Assembly (NCBI RefSeq): GCF_052425735.1
Contig: NC_135758.1
Coordinates: forward strand, 25,978,001-26,042,000
DNA: 64,000 nt
Direction: 5' to 3'
DNA from: Oculina patagonica
Lineage: Eukaryota
This document shows, piece after piece, positions 1 to 12,932 of this stretch (position 1 is its first letter; each line of letters begins with the position of its first letter). The position numbers and the translations under genes are program-made. The notes under the pieces were generated by a model. The model worked only from the letters and a program-made list of their open reading frames with translations. It searched no databases and was not told the DNA's origin.

Positions 1-96
1 GAAACTGTGTACAACGCCCTACATGAACCAAAAGAAGTACGATTATGTGCTGTTACTGTGACCTTATTTCAATTTTACTACTTTTTATGTCGTTAG

Positions 97-293
97 GTTT
101 AAGGAAGAGGACTGATAAGAGGCATGCCGACCAGACAGTAACAAGGGAGATAGAATCTGAAAAGCGGGAAAAAGAGAATGACCGCAATGGAAATTGCGAT
201 AAGGAGAAGTTGATGGAGCTAAATGAGAAGCGAAGTATTGCTTTTCATCTACATTTTATAATATGTAACAGATACAACTTTAAAATCAAATAA
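97..293 (+). CDS. Possible terminal exon of a gene starting left of the window (charged peptide, unknown)
   Basis: Pyrimidine tract + TTAG at 93-96, open purine-rich frame (GLRKRTDKRHADQ...), AATAAA near 289. No recognisable domain. Confidence 0.25.
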
Positions 294-1426
294 AAATCAT
301 TTTTACATACCGGTGGCCCTCTGTCTCCTTTTTCCCCTTTGATACCCTGAAAGAGAATGTTTTAAAAACAATTGCATTTTGTGTATTTTATTATGCCGTT
401 TTCTTTCGTCTTTTCATAAAAAGCTCTCTCTTTGAGTCCTTTCATTTATTCTGATAAAGATACATCTTTCCCAAGATTTCGAGTCGGTTTTTTCTAGTGA
501 CAGAACTTGAATTGTACTAAGATGCAATGATAAAATTAGTATATGAAACACTTTCCTTCGCAGAGGCTTGTTTAGTATTCGCTTACAAGTACGCTTATGC
601 TTTTCATATAAAGCGAGGGAGATTGGGGAGTGAGAACTACAATGATTTTGCTGGAAAGTCGGGAACAAAGAAAAAATAAACTCACTATCATTCCATGCAA
701 TCCCGCTAAACCTTGTGGCCCCTGTTTTTCCTGGCAGAAAAAAAAGACAAGAGAAGGGTTGTGGCTACAATGTTGGGATTTGCAATGCAAGAGGACAACC
801 TGTTGGGTGTTAAAAAAAGCTACAGCGCATCTTTCGCAAGCTGCCATATTATCAAGAGTCCCTTTACAAGTTGTTTGTTCGGCCATTTTCGGGAGATAAA
901 GGGTGTGGGACACATCAGAAAATAAGCACCTCTCGAGAAGTAAATTATTTAAAGCTCTACCAAAACAGCACAGAAGAATTACATGGGTAATGAAAAGATT
1001 GACGAAGGCCGGGGTCTTTTCCCCTTTATTATTACCCAGTTTCCTCTTTTCAATTTTTTCCCGCCTTTCTTTGAAACTGGCCTTTCCCACAACAAATGTC
1101 TTTATAGCAGGCTGCCTAGACGAACCTGGACTTAAACAAGGGTCAATCCCCCTTATTACTCTAGCTACTGTACATTTTAGATAGCAGCTCTCGCACTGCA
1201 AGGTCTCAAAGAAATGGCTCGCTTCCGTACAAAAGAACAATAAAACAAACAACAGGAACAATGCCACTAGCCCTCAAAACAACGGCAACTGCTACACTAG
1301 AGAACCAGTAGAATTACAAGCTAACGAGAGCTGCTACACTAGTGCTTCTGTCTCTAGCTCGGTGATCATTCTTCTAGGGCTTTCAGTACACTCTCCGGGA
1401 AAAGGTAACAAACAAATGCATGCTGA

Positions 1427-1700
1427 TAGAGCAGTTTTCAATGAGTGTCGTAAAACCAAAACCAAAGTAATACTCTAGCCAATCATAAAGGACACAGACA
1501 ATCCAGTGAATCTCAAAACTCGAAGCAAATACATGTAGCTGGCACAAGCGGGGAAACGGCGCGGCGAGTCACGATTGGTTTTGGTTTACTCCTCATTGGC
1601 TAAGAAAGTGGCGCGAGATTTTTAAGCCAATCACTAAGCGTAGCAATGCAAAACCAAAGCAAACGCAATTTACTTCGGCTCTCAAGTGAAAACTGCTCTA
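1427..1700. mobile_element. MITE with TA ends (Tc1/mariner-type non-autonomous element)
   Basis: TIRs TAGAGCAGTTTTCA ... TGAAAACTGCTCTA; 274 bp; no ORF. Confidence 0.8.
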
Positions 1701-2045
1701 TAAAAGATGCCTTTGCAGATTTTAGAAAGCTGGTTTTAAAACAGACCAACCAGGTAACCAGTGATCCAACCACACCCTTTTGCTACCTTATATTTAAACT
1801 ATAACATTTCCATAATACTGTATTACTTATCTCATATAAAAAGTGGAATACTAAATTTACCCGTGTTTTGTAATGAAGTAATGTCAGAGCAAAAACAATC
1901 TTTATACTGAATAGTTGACAGAACAGATGGTCATACCACACTTACAATGTCGCTCATACTGCGCATGTATATTGTGCTTTGGGATCTTACTTTCTGTAAT
2001 TCCTAAGGAGGTGAGGAAGTAGTGTTAGCGCATTGCAAAATAAAC

Positions 2046-2228
2046 TATACTGCTCACAGCCCTCTATTTTCGCGTATTTTTCTTTGATCGCTAAACGCGA
2101 GAAAGGATCGCGAGAGAACTGGACACCAGCGCATAACGAGAAGCGCGAAACTTGCCTCGCTCGTCGTTTCTCTTCGTTTCTCTCGCGTTCCTTTGCGTTG
2201 AAAAAATAGAGAGGGTGTGAACAGTCTA
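2046..2228. mobile_element. Short MITE
   Basis: Imperfect TIRs TATACTGCTCACAGCCCTCTATTTT ... AAAATAGAGAGGGTGTGAACAGTCTA. Confidence 0.55.
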
Positions 2229-3800
2229 AAAATAGGCAACTATATAGAACTTTCAGTATACAAGCTCAAAACATTAAACTTTAAGAGTAAACTGTTACTA
2301 TCGAAAAATAATTACAATGACGTAAGGTTCAGTAGCACTTTAAAGTGACTGCGACGCAAGTAGCAATTATGTACAAGAAACGTCTTTTACACCATTCACA
2401 GCAAAGTTCAAATTTTTTTTTTCTTCATAAAATTTGCTGACTAAAGTTTGTCGACTTCAAATTTTGCACAATGAAAGCACAAGTTAGAGCTTACTGAAAT
2501 CCTTTGTAAAATGTTGTCTATCAGTTTTCTGGTTCAACTAAACATGTATTTTTGGTGTGAATGGGAAATTAGACAAGTTCTTATCGGAACACAAGGACAT
2601 AAGATGTGTCATCGCAAATGGCCTTTCAGTGTTTCATTCCCAATTATAGTGATACAGTATAACTCCGATATACGAACTTTCGACATATCGAACTTCCTAG
2701 ATTTAGCTCGCAAACTTCGTAAAACCAGTCATTTCTCGACTCAGCAAGGCCTTTGACTGAACTCTGTCACAATTATAACGAGCATACGAACCTATTGGCC
2801 CAAAACTTCCAGTCCATAACTGCTGTCTCTGTAGCGAGACCCAACTAGGATTGGAGCATTACTTCTCCCATGCAAAGAATGGCTCACTAATCCAACGCAA
2901 CCCTCGTAATCATCAATCTCCCAATAAGAATTAGCTGTTACCATTTATACACTTGGATCAGTTGAGAGATGCAGTGCAGTGGAAGTGTCTTGCCTTCTTG
3001 CCTTCGAGACAACTTAACACGAGAACCAGAGAACAGATTTTAAGTCGAACGCCTTAACCGCACGACCATGGTGGATATAACGACATAACAAAAATAGTCT
3101 TCCGGCGTCGAGCACGTTTCTTATATCGTGGTTGTAATGTAGTAGTCAAAATATGAAAATATAAACGGTCTTCAGTATAGAGTGAATGAAAGTTTTTTTT
3201 TGTGTTGATATCGATTAGTATCAGTCAAAAAATTTCATTCCTCGCGAAGTCAAAGCAAGAGCAGGTTTATAATTTAATACCACCTGCCATTCAATATTTG
3301 TTTCCAAACATGTTAGGGAAAATGTTTGCTTTCCTTGCCTTCAATTTCCTTTGCTTTCCTTAGTGAAACTGTTGAAGACCAATCCGAACACAAAAAAGGA
3401 GAGAAAAAAATATTCCATATCACATATATCTGAAGGACTTTAATGTTTATATTATGAATCAACAGTGCTGCGCAAGTTGTCCGGCTCCGAGAAGCTTATG
3501 GAAAGACTGTTGGTAATTGATATGAGTGGCAGTTGTTAGGTTTTGAGTTTTGTTTTTGTTGTTGTTTTTGTTGTATTTTGTCGGTTGTTGTCTGTTGTTT
3601 TTGTTGTTGTTGTTCAAAAGTAGAATTTATACTTCCTTGCATCTTCCAGTCTCTTGATCTTTGCCTCCATTTCTTTCCACTCAGCCGTACACCTGAAATA
3701 AACTGGTGGAAAATAGAGTAGATGACACTAAGACTAGAACTTACCAGAGTGGTGGTGGGGGGAGGAGGTGGGGATGTGAGTTATGGCCTCGTAAAGAATA

Positions 3801-4065
3801 TACCGTATTTTCTCGATTAAACGCCGGGTACCGAACAGACGCCGGGTCTCCAAGGTGGAGTTGAAAATAGGCCCCTCTGGTATTTATTGGGCCTATAAAA
3901 GCTGCAGGCATATTGGCCAGATACATGTTTGTCAAATAAAATGAATTTAAATCTTTCCTTAATGTAAACCAGGCTAGGATAAACTGCAGGAGTAAAATAA
4001 ACGCCGGGTCCACCAGGCTAAGTTTGAAATAAAAGCTGGGGGCGTTTAATCGAGAAAATAAGGTA
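3801..4065. mobile_element. MITE (TACCGTA-type ends, Tc1/pogo-like)
   Basis: TIRs TACCGTATTTTCTCGATTAAACGCC ... GGCGTTTAATCGAGAAAATAAGGTA; internal AAACGCCGGG repeats. Confidence 0.7.
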
Positions 4066-6519
4066 TTATTTTTAGGTAAGTTTTTTTAATCTAAAACCAC
4101 ATAAATTAACGAAATCGAGTCAAGTTTGACAAGCCTAAATACGAACGCAGTGTTTCACACGAACAACAAATTTTTAAGAATTATTTTTTTTCAGCCAAAG
4201 CCGGATCAACCCTTTCCCAATTAACGTAACCTGCCATCAGGCGTTTTTTTTTTCGTGGCGCCGGAGGAAAGAGATAAAAGGACCTTTTTCCCTCCCGCAA
4301 ACAAAAAAGCACGTCTGATCGCAGGCTACATAAACTGCAAGTCTCTAATTGAATTTTTTAATGAACAATAAAATCAATAAAACCACAACAGTAGCAAGAA
4401 ACTCACACCTTCGCAACTTCTTCATCAGCAGCAAGAATGTAGCCTGATCGACAGCTGCAAACATAGCTCCCAGCTGTGTTCTTACAATAATGACTGACAA
4501 TCCCCATTAGATATTGAGCACTCGTTGGTATCTAGAACAGAAATGAAGACAATTCAAAGTAGCTTTCATGACGTGTATTTCTCGATGCCAGCAACGCAGC
4601 CTTTTGACTCACCTTGACTACAGTCCTCCCCCAGTCCATCCTCGTACACACTGACATGTACTGGGCCCGATGCAGATGCCGCCATGTTGACAGGATTTTT
4701 CACAAATAGCTAAAATATAAACCAGTACTTCAGTAGTGGAAAGTCTAGCTCGCTTTTGTAACGACCCATAAGACTATTTGGTTTTGGGTTGTCTTTGCCA
4801 GCAAATAAGCATGAATATTGATGCAGCTCCGAAAAGGGATATTTTCGGCAGAGAAACTTTACGTGTAAGTAAGCACCCGAAGTATCAAACTCTACTGAAA
4901 AGTCTCTCTTAAGTTTGAGTAAATCTTTGTCCACAAATAAGAGCTTGTCCAATGTACCAACCGGGCAAGAGCAAAAATGCAAATAGAATTCAATGCTATG
5001 GGGTACTTTAGTAGCTTAAGCAATGGTAAAAAAAAATCTTGTTTATTAAGGGCATCAACACTCCCCGTGAAAACCTCCGCTTTGTGCCCTCTCAAAGTTT
5101 TTCATCTCTGGGTATTTTTTTAATTAGACATGGAAGAGTAGTTCAAAATGTAGCAGCCTTCCTAAATTTGAGTTACATAAGTTTCTATAAAGACAGTTTT
5201 ACTACTCAACAATAAAAGGCAAATGTTCATCCACGTCAAGAAAGAGGTATTTGTATTTACCGAGCGACTTTGTCAAAGAGGACGAGCGCCGAAATTCATG
5301 CAAGTTTCTGCCCTTCAAAAGTCTGAAAAGTGCTGGTGAGATGGGCGCATTGCGTATGCACTTGCGTCCACAACTGAACGCAAGTATTGTTTAATAAGTA
5401 CTTCATGTCTGATTTTCATATTACTTCATATTAAATTTCGACAGAATTGTGTGTGTTTTGGTTAACTTTAATCAATGAGAAGACTTTGTGATGCCTATAT
5501 CATAAAACGTGCATCTTATTAGCGTTTAATTTGAGACATCTGTGCGAACGGCGGCGCGGCATGCACTTTGGCGGGAAACTGTTTGCCGCCAAAGTGCTCG
5601 CCGCGCCGCCGTAGGCAAAGCGCCCATCTCATCAGCACATTCAGGTAACTTCACGGTCAAAAAACTTCTCCTTGAATTACTGCAGGGGAACGTCATTGCT
5701 TTTTCATGTTTTTCACCTATCCCAAACACAACTCATGCTTGCAAACCACTAACTAATAAAGCTGGCTTTTTAATTATTTTCAGTAAACTTCTCTTACGTT
5801 TCGTACATCCAGATTTTTCCAGGCTCCCTGGTCCAACCTGAACAACAGACATGCATATGTGACTCTGTAGGTACCATCTTGCTTTGCACTGTGGTCCGAT
5901 ACATTGTTTTATAGATTGTTCTAAGACATTCCATAAAAAAGATGGTTAAAATGGATCAAACCTAATGTCTAGCAAGGCTGCCGCCAAACAGACCTTTGAA
6001 CAATGTAAAACCCGCGAAAAACTAGCCGGCTTCTGTCAAATCGCATGACCTCAAGCGTAATTTTCAAGAAAAAGTTCACGGAAAACTATCTTCTATTTGG
6101 TAAATAGAACTACGGCTTTTACCACGCTCCTTCGTATAGTTTTTTTTTTCTTAAATGTAATAAACGGTCACTGAAAATTTTCACAAAAATCCACAAATTC
6201 GTCGAAATTTTAGTAAATCTGGTATGCTGTCTCGGGTCCAATCCGTTACTTTTTCAAGGAGCGGTCAACATTCAGTCGGTTTTCATTATTATCCTTAATT
6301 TTTTTTTAAAGCCAACAGCTGCTGAACCCATTACGAGCTCTTCACTGTTTCGATAATAAACTAACAAACACTTACTTCTGATACCGAATACTTTTAAAGG
6401 TAAGGGTCGAGAGTGTGCTGAGGGCAACGAACACTCAAGCAAGCGCATTCCCCAATATTCATTTTCCATATGCTATTATATTTCGTGTTTTACAGCCCTT
6501 GTTTCTTTTTGATTTTCAA

Positions 6520-7338
6520 AAAAAAGGAACGTCGATTAAGGTTCAAAGTATTTGCAATATAGCTGACAAAAAAAAACTTTAGCTAGCTCCTGGCTTGAGC
6601 GAACTCTTTTTACCACGAGAATCGAAAAGGACATGGATTAAATGCTCCTATTTGCTTTGTTGATCATTCGTTCCTGCAACGTGTTTCATAGCAAGCGAGG
6701 TTAAAAATGCGCGTTTATAACAAAAAAAAACTAAAATTCAATATCTTATAATCACTTGACCTTACATATAATTCAGAAAAGCGCTTAAAGTATGATCGAC
6801 ATGCAAGTTGCTAATCGCCTAATAAACACATCCCTACAAAAAGATAAACAACAAACTAGGGAAAGATTAAGACAGGCACGATTGAAAGCTAAAGAGAATT
6901 TATGAGAATTTTTTAACTGTTTTCTTACATTTTCGAACTTAATAACTTTAAGACGGCCTAGAAGCATTTTACTGAAAACACTTTATCATTGGATAAACAG
7001 AAACAGCAGGGGCTTTGGAAGTACAGGAATTGAGGTTTTTGCTAGTGACTGAGTTTATCATGTTAAAAAAAAAACTGACTTATATATTGACTGTAAACTT
7101 AGTCGAAGGAATGGAATCATTCCAAGTTAAGACTCTCACTGAATCGCATTTAGTTTAAAAACTAAATGCCACGTCCTTCTCTCTTATATACGGCTCTACC
7201 TCATAGCGATATTTTAAACTGCAAACCATATCTGCAGTTAATTGAAACATCATTCATCGCAAATTCTCAAAGTTTACTGGATAGCTTTCAACACTCCGTG
7301 CAGTAAGGTTCTTCAGTCCACCGATAAATAAATAAAAA
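6520..7338. mobile_element. Degenerate intronic element with a decayed ORF ending in GFGSTG (+) and a minimal hammerhead-like motif (-); possibly Penelope-like or retrozyme-related
   Basis: Plus-strand ORF remnants (MQVANRLINTSLQKDKQQTRERLRQARLKAK; RNSRGFGSTGIEVFASD*, stop 7050-7052). Minus-strand UGGA-CUGAAGA-...-GAAA-GCUA-UCCA at 7278-7320. (TAAA)n-like tail at 7324-7338. Left boundary approximate. Confidence 0.45.
7278..7320 (-). ncRNA. Degenerate minimal type I hammerhead ribozyme motif
   Basis: Stem I UGGA/UCCA, core CUGAAGA, weak and bulged stem II, GAAA, palindromic stem III (AGCU), CUA cleavage triplet. Confidence 0.4.
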
Positions 7339-9990
7339 CTCTTTCTAAGTCCCAAAATATTTTTAAGGGGTTCTTAAAATCGTCAAATTGGCCCCAAAGG
7401 CCTAGCCTAAGACACAAAAGGGAAGTTTTTACCATCAACTGTCAATAGAGTGGAAAGTCAACTAATTAAATGGAAAGGAAACTCTTAAACAAAAAAATGA
7501 ATGCAATTTTTTACCGCAACGCCAAAGAAGAGTCTCAATGGATTGTTTATGCATCAAGAGTCAGCAACGGATTTAAATAAATAAAAAGTATTCTTTATTC
7601 AGGACAGTCGACCCTCCTCAGTCGTCTTTTTTTCGACCCTCCCTCTGCCTGTCAGCATGTTATAAGTTTGATAGCCTCGTTCGTCACACACCTGTAATTT
7701 GTGCACATCCGCATAGTCCATCCTTCACATCGTTGGAGATAAGGTTGGAAAACTGGGTTGGCAGAAACTTTTTTACAGTCTGAACATGACGAACTTCCAT
7801 ACGCTTCTTAACGCAGACATGTCGCCTAATTGATAAAAAAAAATAATCACTACCGGTTAATCCCCGGCCTTGATACGTTAAGCATTAACGTGATTCATCA
7901 AAACATTTAAGGTAATTTTTTGGCATAGTAGTCGAATGGCATCAAAACTTCGAAATAATGAGTAGATCTGTAAAACTCTACGTGCATTTGAAAGTTTGTT
8001 TTGCGCATTACGTAGGTCAGTGCTTTATACGGATTAAATAATAGTTAATTTCTGAAATAACAATTTACCCAGGACTTGCAAACGTTTGTGTAGTTGCGCC
8101 AAAGCTGAAAACAGACGGTTTGCCAAAACACGACAAGACCAACAGAGCCATGGTGATAACTTATAAAGTTTTATATTGAGTTGAAGTGTTTTAATATTTA
8201 TTTTTTTTTGTTTTTTGGATTTTTAAAAAAGAAGCTTCGTCATTGCCGCGGATAACTCCGCAACGCCGGTTCTTTTTTTGCTTTTTTTTTTTTTCCCCCT
8301 GGCTTTGATTTCACGTACGTACCCCGGGATCGAACGGAAAATCCTTTGAACGTGCGAAGAAGTAGCGAGTCTAAAATGCAGACAGACTTGTTTGAATGAT
8401 TGTATTGAACTTCGTGTAAGGTCAGTTGACTTACCGACATTGCTGTCAAGATGGATTTAGAATCCTGTTGGTCTTGGAAGTAAGTCGGATATCAAGATAT
8501 TTGGTATTGAAAGAAGAACGTGAAAAAGATGACCCATAAAAGCAATCTTGTTTTCCGGCCGTAGACACGCCATCATAAGTCAGTTTTCTTGTGAAAGTTC
8601 GTTTTAATCTCATTGTTGCTAATTGCGACAGGTAAAGCAGTAGTGAAACAAGTAAACCATCGTTCGATAATCAATCCTTAATATGGCCGAACTGGAAACA
8701 TAAACACCGAACACTAAGAAGATTATAGAATCAGTTTGGCTTTTATCAGGAAGGGCTTATGACATTACATAAACATCGTGACTAGCTAATGGCCTAAAGA
8801 GCGATGAGAAACTAATTTCTCCTTGAACTAATATGCAAAAAAGCATAGAGATAATGAGAATTCAGAAAGTGATCACTCAAGAAAATATCTTAGAAACTTG
8901 CTCTCTTTAATAGAAACGCATGAAGATAATTCGTGTAACTCACGGCATTCAGAACAAATTCGGTTGGCCCAGCACTAACAGCACGAGGTTTTTGCAGATT
9001 AAAAAAGATTGCAAGCGAAAAGGAAAGAAAACAGCTTGAAAATATATTACTAGGATCGATGTGCTTCTCGAGGCCTGTTGATGATTTACTGTGATCATCA
9101 ATAAGGGGAACGCAAGTTTGATTATTTTCAAGCATGTCGTATAGGCTCAGCGTCAACTGTTTGCAATTTATTTTAAGCGATAATTAATGAAGTCATCGCT
9201 AAAATCGAGATATAACACCAATGTGCCAAAATATAAAAAATCAAGTGTCAAGCGTAAGTCACGCACAGGACAGCTTTGGATTCCCGCCCGAGTTGCCCTG
9301 GCTGGCATTGGGATTAATTTGCAAGATCGTCGGTTGATTTTATAAGGGTGAAACTTGGAGCCTTCTAAGAAGGGATTATCGTAAGGAAATTCAGAGGTAT
9401 TTCCTCTGTTGAAGAACAAAGCTGTTTGTCACGTTACAGCAATCTGTAAATACATCCTTAAATGGGCTTTGTACCTTTTCCGAAATATTACAATTCGAAT
9501 CTTCCTAAATGGTTAAAAAACAAAATAATAGAATTACTTAATAAATCATAGTTCTATCACTAAGGATCTTTAATGTTCAAAATCTTGCATATAACATAAT
9601 ATTTTCCCCTTGACCGAAAAGTAAAATTAAAAAAGATCCTGTTTAATCCGATGGGAGTAGTAACCCTTCCCTTCACTGAAATCGACTATTGCATTGGGAA
9701 TCTTGTCACTACTTCCTATCTTGTAATGATTTTAACGGAAGACGTTGTAAAAAAATCCCTAAAAATACATTCCACGGCGTCTTCTTCAGCGGCATTGTTC
9801 GCATTACCGCAGAACGTGTTTAACATGTGTGTCTCCAACATTGCATGACGGTATATATTATTAATCTATCAGCAACCGAAAATATTCGTTAAAGGCAAGC
9901 CATGTGCTAAGCACGCGTTGCGAGCCTATTTCACCACCCAAAGGGGTCAGTACCAGGGTGCAAAATACAGCATGTGACATTTCAATCACA

Positions 9991-10378
9991 TAATGCATCA
10001 GTCTCCAGCAGTGCCCATCCCGCCCCCGGGCACCCCGGGCAAGACAAAAAATTGGAATTCTCGGGGTGGGGAGAAAGAACCGGGCATGCGATCCCGGATT
10101 GATCCGAAGGTGAAGAAACAGTGGCCAGCAATGAAGAAAACAATGGAAAATAACCAAAAACATCCACGAACATCCACGAGCTCAGTCCCGGAACAGCAAT
10201 CGAACGAGTCCACGCTGGCCAAAAACGCCCCACACGAATACGGACTCACTCACGGTTGAAAGTACGTGTAAAGCCCGGGGGTCAACCGAGGACGCAAAGC
10301 CCCACCCTCGGGACGGGCAACATAGGAAATGCCCCGGGGGCCGGGGGGGGGGAGGGACGCTGGAATGATGATGCATAA
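9991..10378. mobile_element. MITE
   Basis: Imperfect TIRs TAATGCATCAGTC.CCAGC...CCC / GGG...GCTGGAATGA.GATGCATAA. Accounts for the overlapping short ORFs at 9982-10259. Confidence 0.6.
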
Positions 10379-10709
10379 CGACAGCGGCTGACAAACCGTC
10401 TAGTATCCAGATCACTCAATTTTAATATCTAGCCTGCGAACAGGTTTTCGGGAGCGCCCGACCGGGGGGGGAAAAAAAAAAAGGGAGAGAGTGAATGTGT
10501 ACCAGTATAAAAGAAGTCCTAACCTTGGTGAAAGCACAAGAAGAAAAAAATAAACAGCCCGTGAAACAATCAAGAGGGGACTTGTTTCATAACTTCGCTC
10601 TTAGTCTCTATCAAATCAATAACAAAAATCTGAAGCTCTTTATACAATATAACCGTCCTTATTGGGAACGTTAACTTACCTTTTAGCTTTTGTGATCTTT
10701 TGTTCATGT

Positions 10710-11077
10710 TTGTTATGTCAGGGAACTGCCGGTCCCACCAGAGATTTGCCGGGAAGTTCAAAATTCCCGGCTCTCTCGAAAATCAAAGGACAAATCAAAG
10801 TTTTTTTTTCAGTAGATTGGTCAGCGGCTAGTTGCAATAGAGATATTTCCTTCATATAATGAAAAGCGATTTTATATCCGGGACATTGCTTATTGTTCTC
10901 GTGGCCTTCGAGGGTGGTTCGCTTTATTGAGGGATGGCCGCCATTTTGGTGGGAATGAAGCAAACGAAGAAACTTCGAACCCCCCTCTAAAAAATCGTCC
11001 AGACAATCACTTCCGTCAACAACATTCGAACGAACGATCACTTCCTGTGGAAAAACAAGAACGCTCACACTTCAGCC
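10710..11077. promoter_or_regulatory. Putative bidirectional promoter between the EGFL7-like gene (or another minus-strand transcript) and the HMG20 gene
   Basis: YY1-like GCCGCCATTTT at 10937-10947 and ETS-like ACTTCCG/ACTTCCTG near 11009 and 11040, lying between a minus-strand ATG/donor exon (10680-10708) and the HMG20 ATG (11078). Confidence 0.4.
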
Positions 11078-12899
11078 ATGGACCTTGGAGAAAATCCGAC
11101 TTTACACGCCGACACATCGCTGGAAAATGGAACGACTTGCGCTACGGCTACCGCTTTGGCACAAGTGCTCGACTCACAGGCTATCTCTAGCACCTCTCTT
11201 GCTACTTTTTCCGTCACTTCTGTGCCCGGATCTACTGGTTTAGCCGTGTCTAACTCCAACACTTGATGGAACAACGACTGTTACGTCTTTACCCGGGTTT
11301 ACTCTGTCAAGTTTTGATTCTGTAGACGTCAAACACGTGGGTGATTCCAGTGAATTAGCTGTGGCAACTGTTGGAGAAGACGGCAGGTTTGTACCTATTG
11401 CCTGTTTGTAATATTGCAACAGTCTTTTAATATATGAAACTAAGGTTACTTCTGAAGTTTAATCTTCTGGGTGCATGGATTTTCCAATCTAAATTATTGA
11501 TATTTTGTACACAAATAGGCCCCTGCAGTATCAAAGTTGTTAACATTATTTATTTTAGTTATCAGGTAATTTTTAATTTAGTTTTAATAACTGTTTGTTC
11601 AACTGTTATAGTAGAGAGTTGTAATAAAAATTACATTCGTATAAATTCTTAAGGAGAGGAGTCAGAGTCTCTAGAAGAAAGCTAAGCAAATACACATTCA
11701 TGGCTGGTGCCGTCAGTTGCTGTACCAGGCACTACTCTGACTATACTGAGCGAGTGCACATGCAATCTGGTGGGGAGGGGGAAATGGAGGTCTGTACTAT
11801 CCCACTTCCCATCCCTTCTACTCCAGGTTCCCACCCTGATCGTAGTGGCTTCCTGCCTCTTTGTGCTATTTCTGTTGCAAAATATTATGAAATGTTGCAA
11901 AATTTTTCTCAATTTCTCCTGGTTCCAGTGACCTTGGGAACTGTGCTTCTCGCCCTCTCTTCTCCAGCCTACCATACACCTCCCACCCCTTTCTCCCCAG
12001 CTCCCACCCCCTGCCCCCCTCCACAAACTAGTTCTAGGCCAGCTGGCTGGGCATCCATAAAAATATTGTAGACCAATGCCTCCTTGTCCCAATCTTCTGT
12101 CTTCTCAAGTGTTAGGTCTCAAACTTATACCCATGCTTGGGAACCATGCTTGGGCTCTTATGAAATGCTACAATATATTGTGCAGTTCCAGAAAATATCT
12201 TTACCCACACAGGGCTATAGCCAGGGGGGATGCGATGGGTACGTCGCCATCCACTCACAGGCCACAAAGGTTCCACCTAATTGGGAAGTGAGGGTTTAAA
12301 TGACTCTCACAATGCAGGAAATGTGGACTTAAACAACTTGATTTTTCAAGATTTCCCAGGGAGAATACTCCCAGACTCCCCAAGACGCTCGTACGCCTCT
12401 GGCGCTCACACCACTCATGGAAATTTCAATTGGGCAATGTAAAGGATTAAATACTAAAATGAACTGGATACTTGGTTGAAAATACAGTGTTTTGTAACAA
12501 GTGTTTTGATGTTTTATTATTTTGTTTCTGCAGTCTTCATTTCACAGCAACCACTCACAATGGAGTTACTAGTTATCACACATCCCAAGGAAGTCAAGCT
12601 TTACCAACATCTGAAGCAGATTTTGTATCAGACCTCAGTCAAGGTAAAAAAAATTAATTAAGACCTTTTTGTATTTGTGAATATTGAATCTTTTACTGAG
12701 CATTTATTACGGATCAGTCGCATGTGTAGTCTTAGCTCTGGTCAGTATTCTTAGAAGTATTAAACCTAATAAACCTCTACCATCTCATTAACTTGTGAGG
12801 AGCAGGGATGGCGCAGTGGTGAGAACACTTGCCTGACCATGCACAAATGTGGCCCAGGTTCGATCCCCGGGCCTTGCATCATTGTGGGTTAGGTGTTTG

Positions 12900-12932
<33 letters not shown>

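Larger units (their letters stand above)
1946..8370 (-). pseudogene. EGFL7: EGFL7/EGFL8-like secreted protein gene (EMI, EGF, calcium-binding EGF, C-terminal coiled coil); frame-disrupted in this assembly (pseudogene or indel errors)
   Basis: Minus-strand exons with splice sites: 8323-8370 (tentative), 7692-7825 (GRHVCVKK...KSFCQPVFQPYLQRCEGWTMRMCTNYR), 5798-5920 (TIYKTMYR...VCCSGWTREPGKSGCTK), 4613-4709 (PICEKSCQHGGICIGPSTCQCVRGWTGEDCSQ), 4409-4531 ([36 protein letters not shown].RSCE), 3745-3787, ~3641-3692 (CTAEWKEMEAKIKRLED), 1946-2002 (ELQKVRSQSTIYMRSMSDI). Domain order and motifs match EGFL7/8. At least six 1-bp frameshifts are needed, mostly in homopolymers. The 5' and 3' ends are uncertain; a possible first exon lies at 10680-10708 (MNKRSQKLK, donor GTAAGT). 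Confidence 0.8.

Noticed and set aside
572-1267. 231-aa minus-strand ORF with a hydrophobic N-terminus
   Set aside because: Starts at GTG, has no recognisable domain and probably lies in the 3' region of the EGFL7-like gene; cannot be supported as a gene.
6990-7052. dUTPase gene
   Set aside because: Only the motif V-like GFGSTG is present; motifs I-IV are not visible upstream. Reported as part of an unclassified element instead.
9861-10415. Cluster of overlapping ORFs as the signal-peptide exon of the EGFL7-like gene
   Set aside because: They lie largely within a TIR-bounded MITE (9991-10378) and lack convincing splice sites.
12797-12875. tRNA gene
   Set aside because: A and B boxes are present but there is no clean cloverleaf, and it continues into a repeated SINE body.
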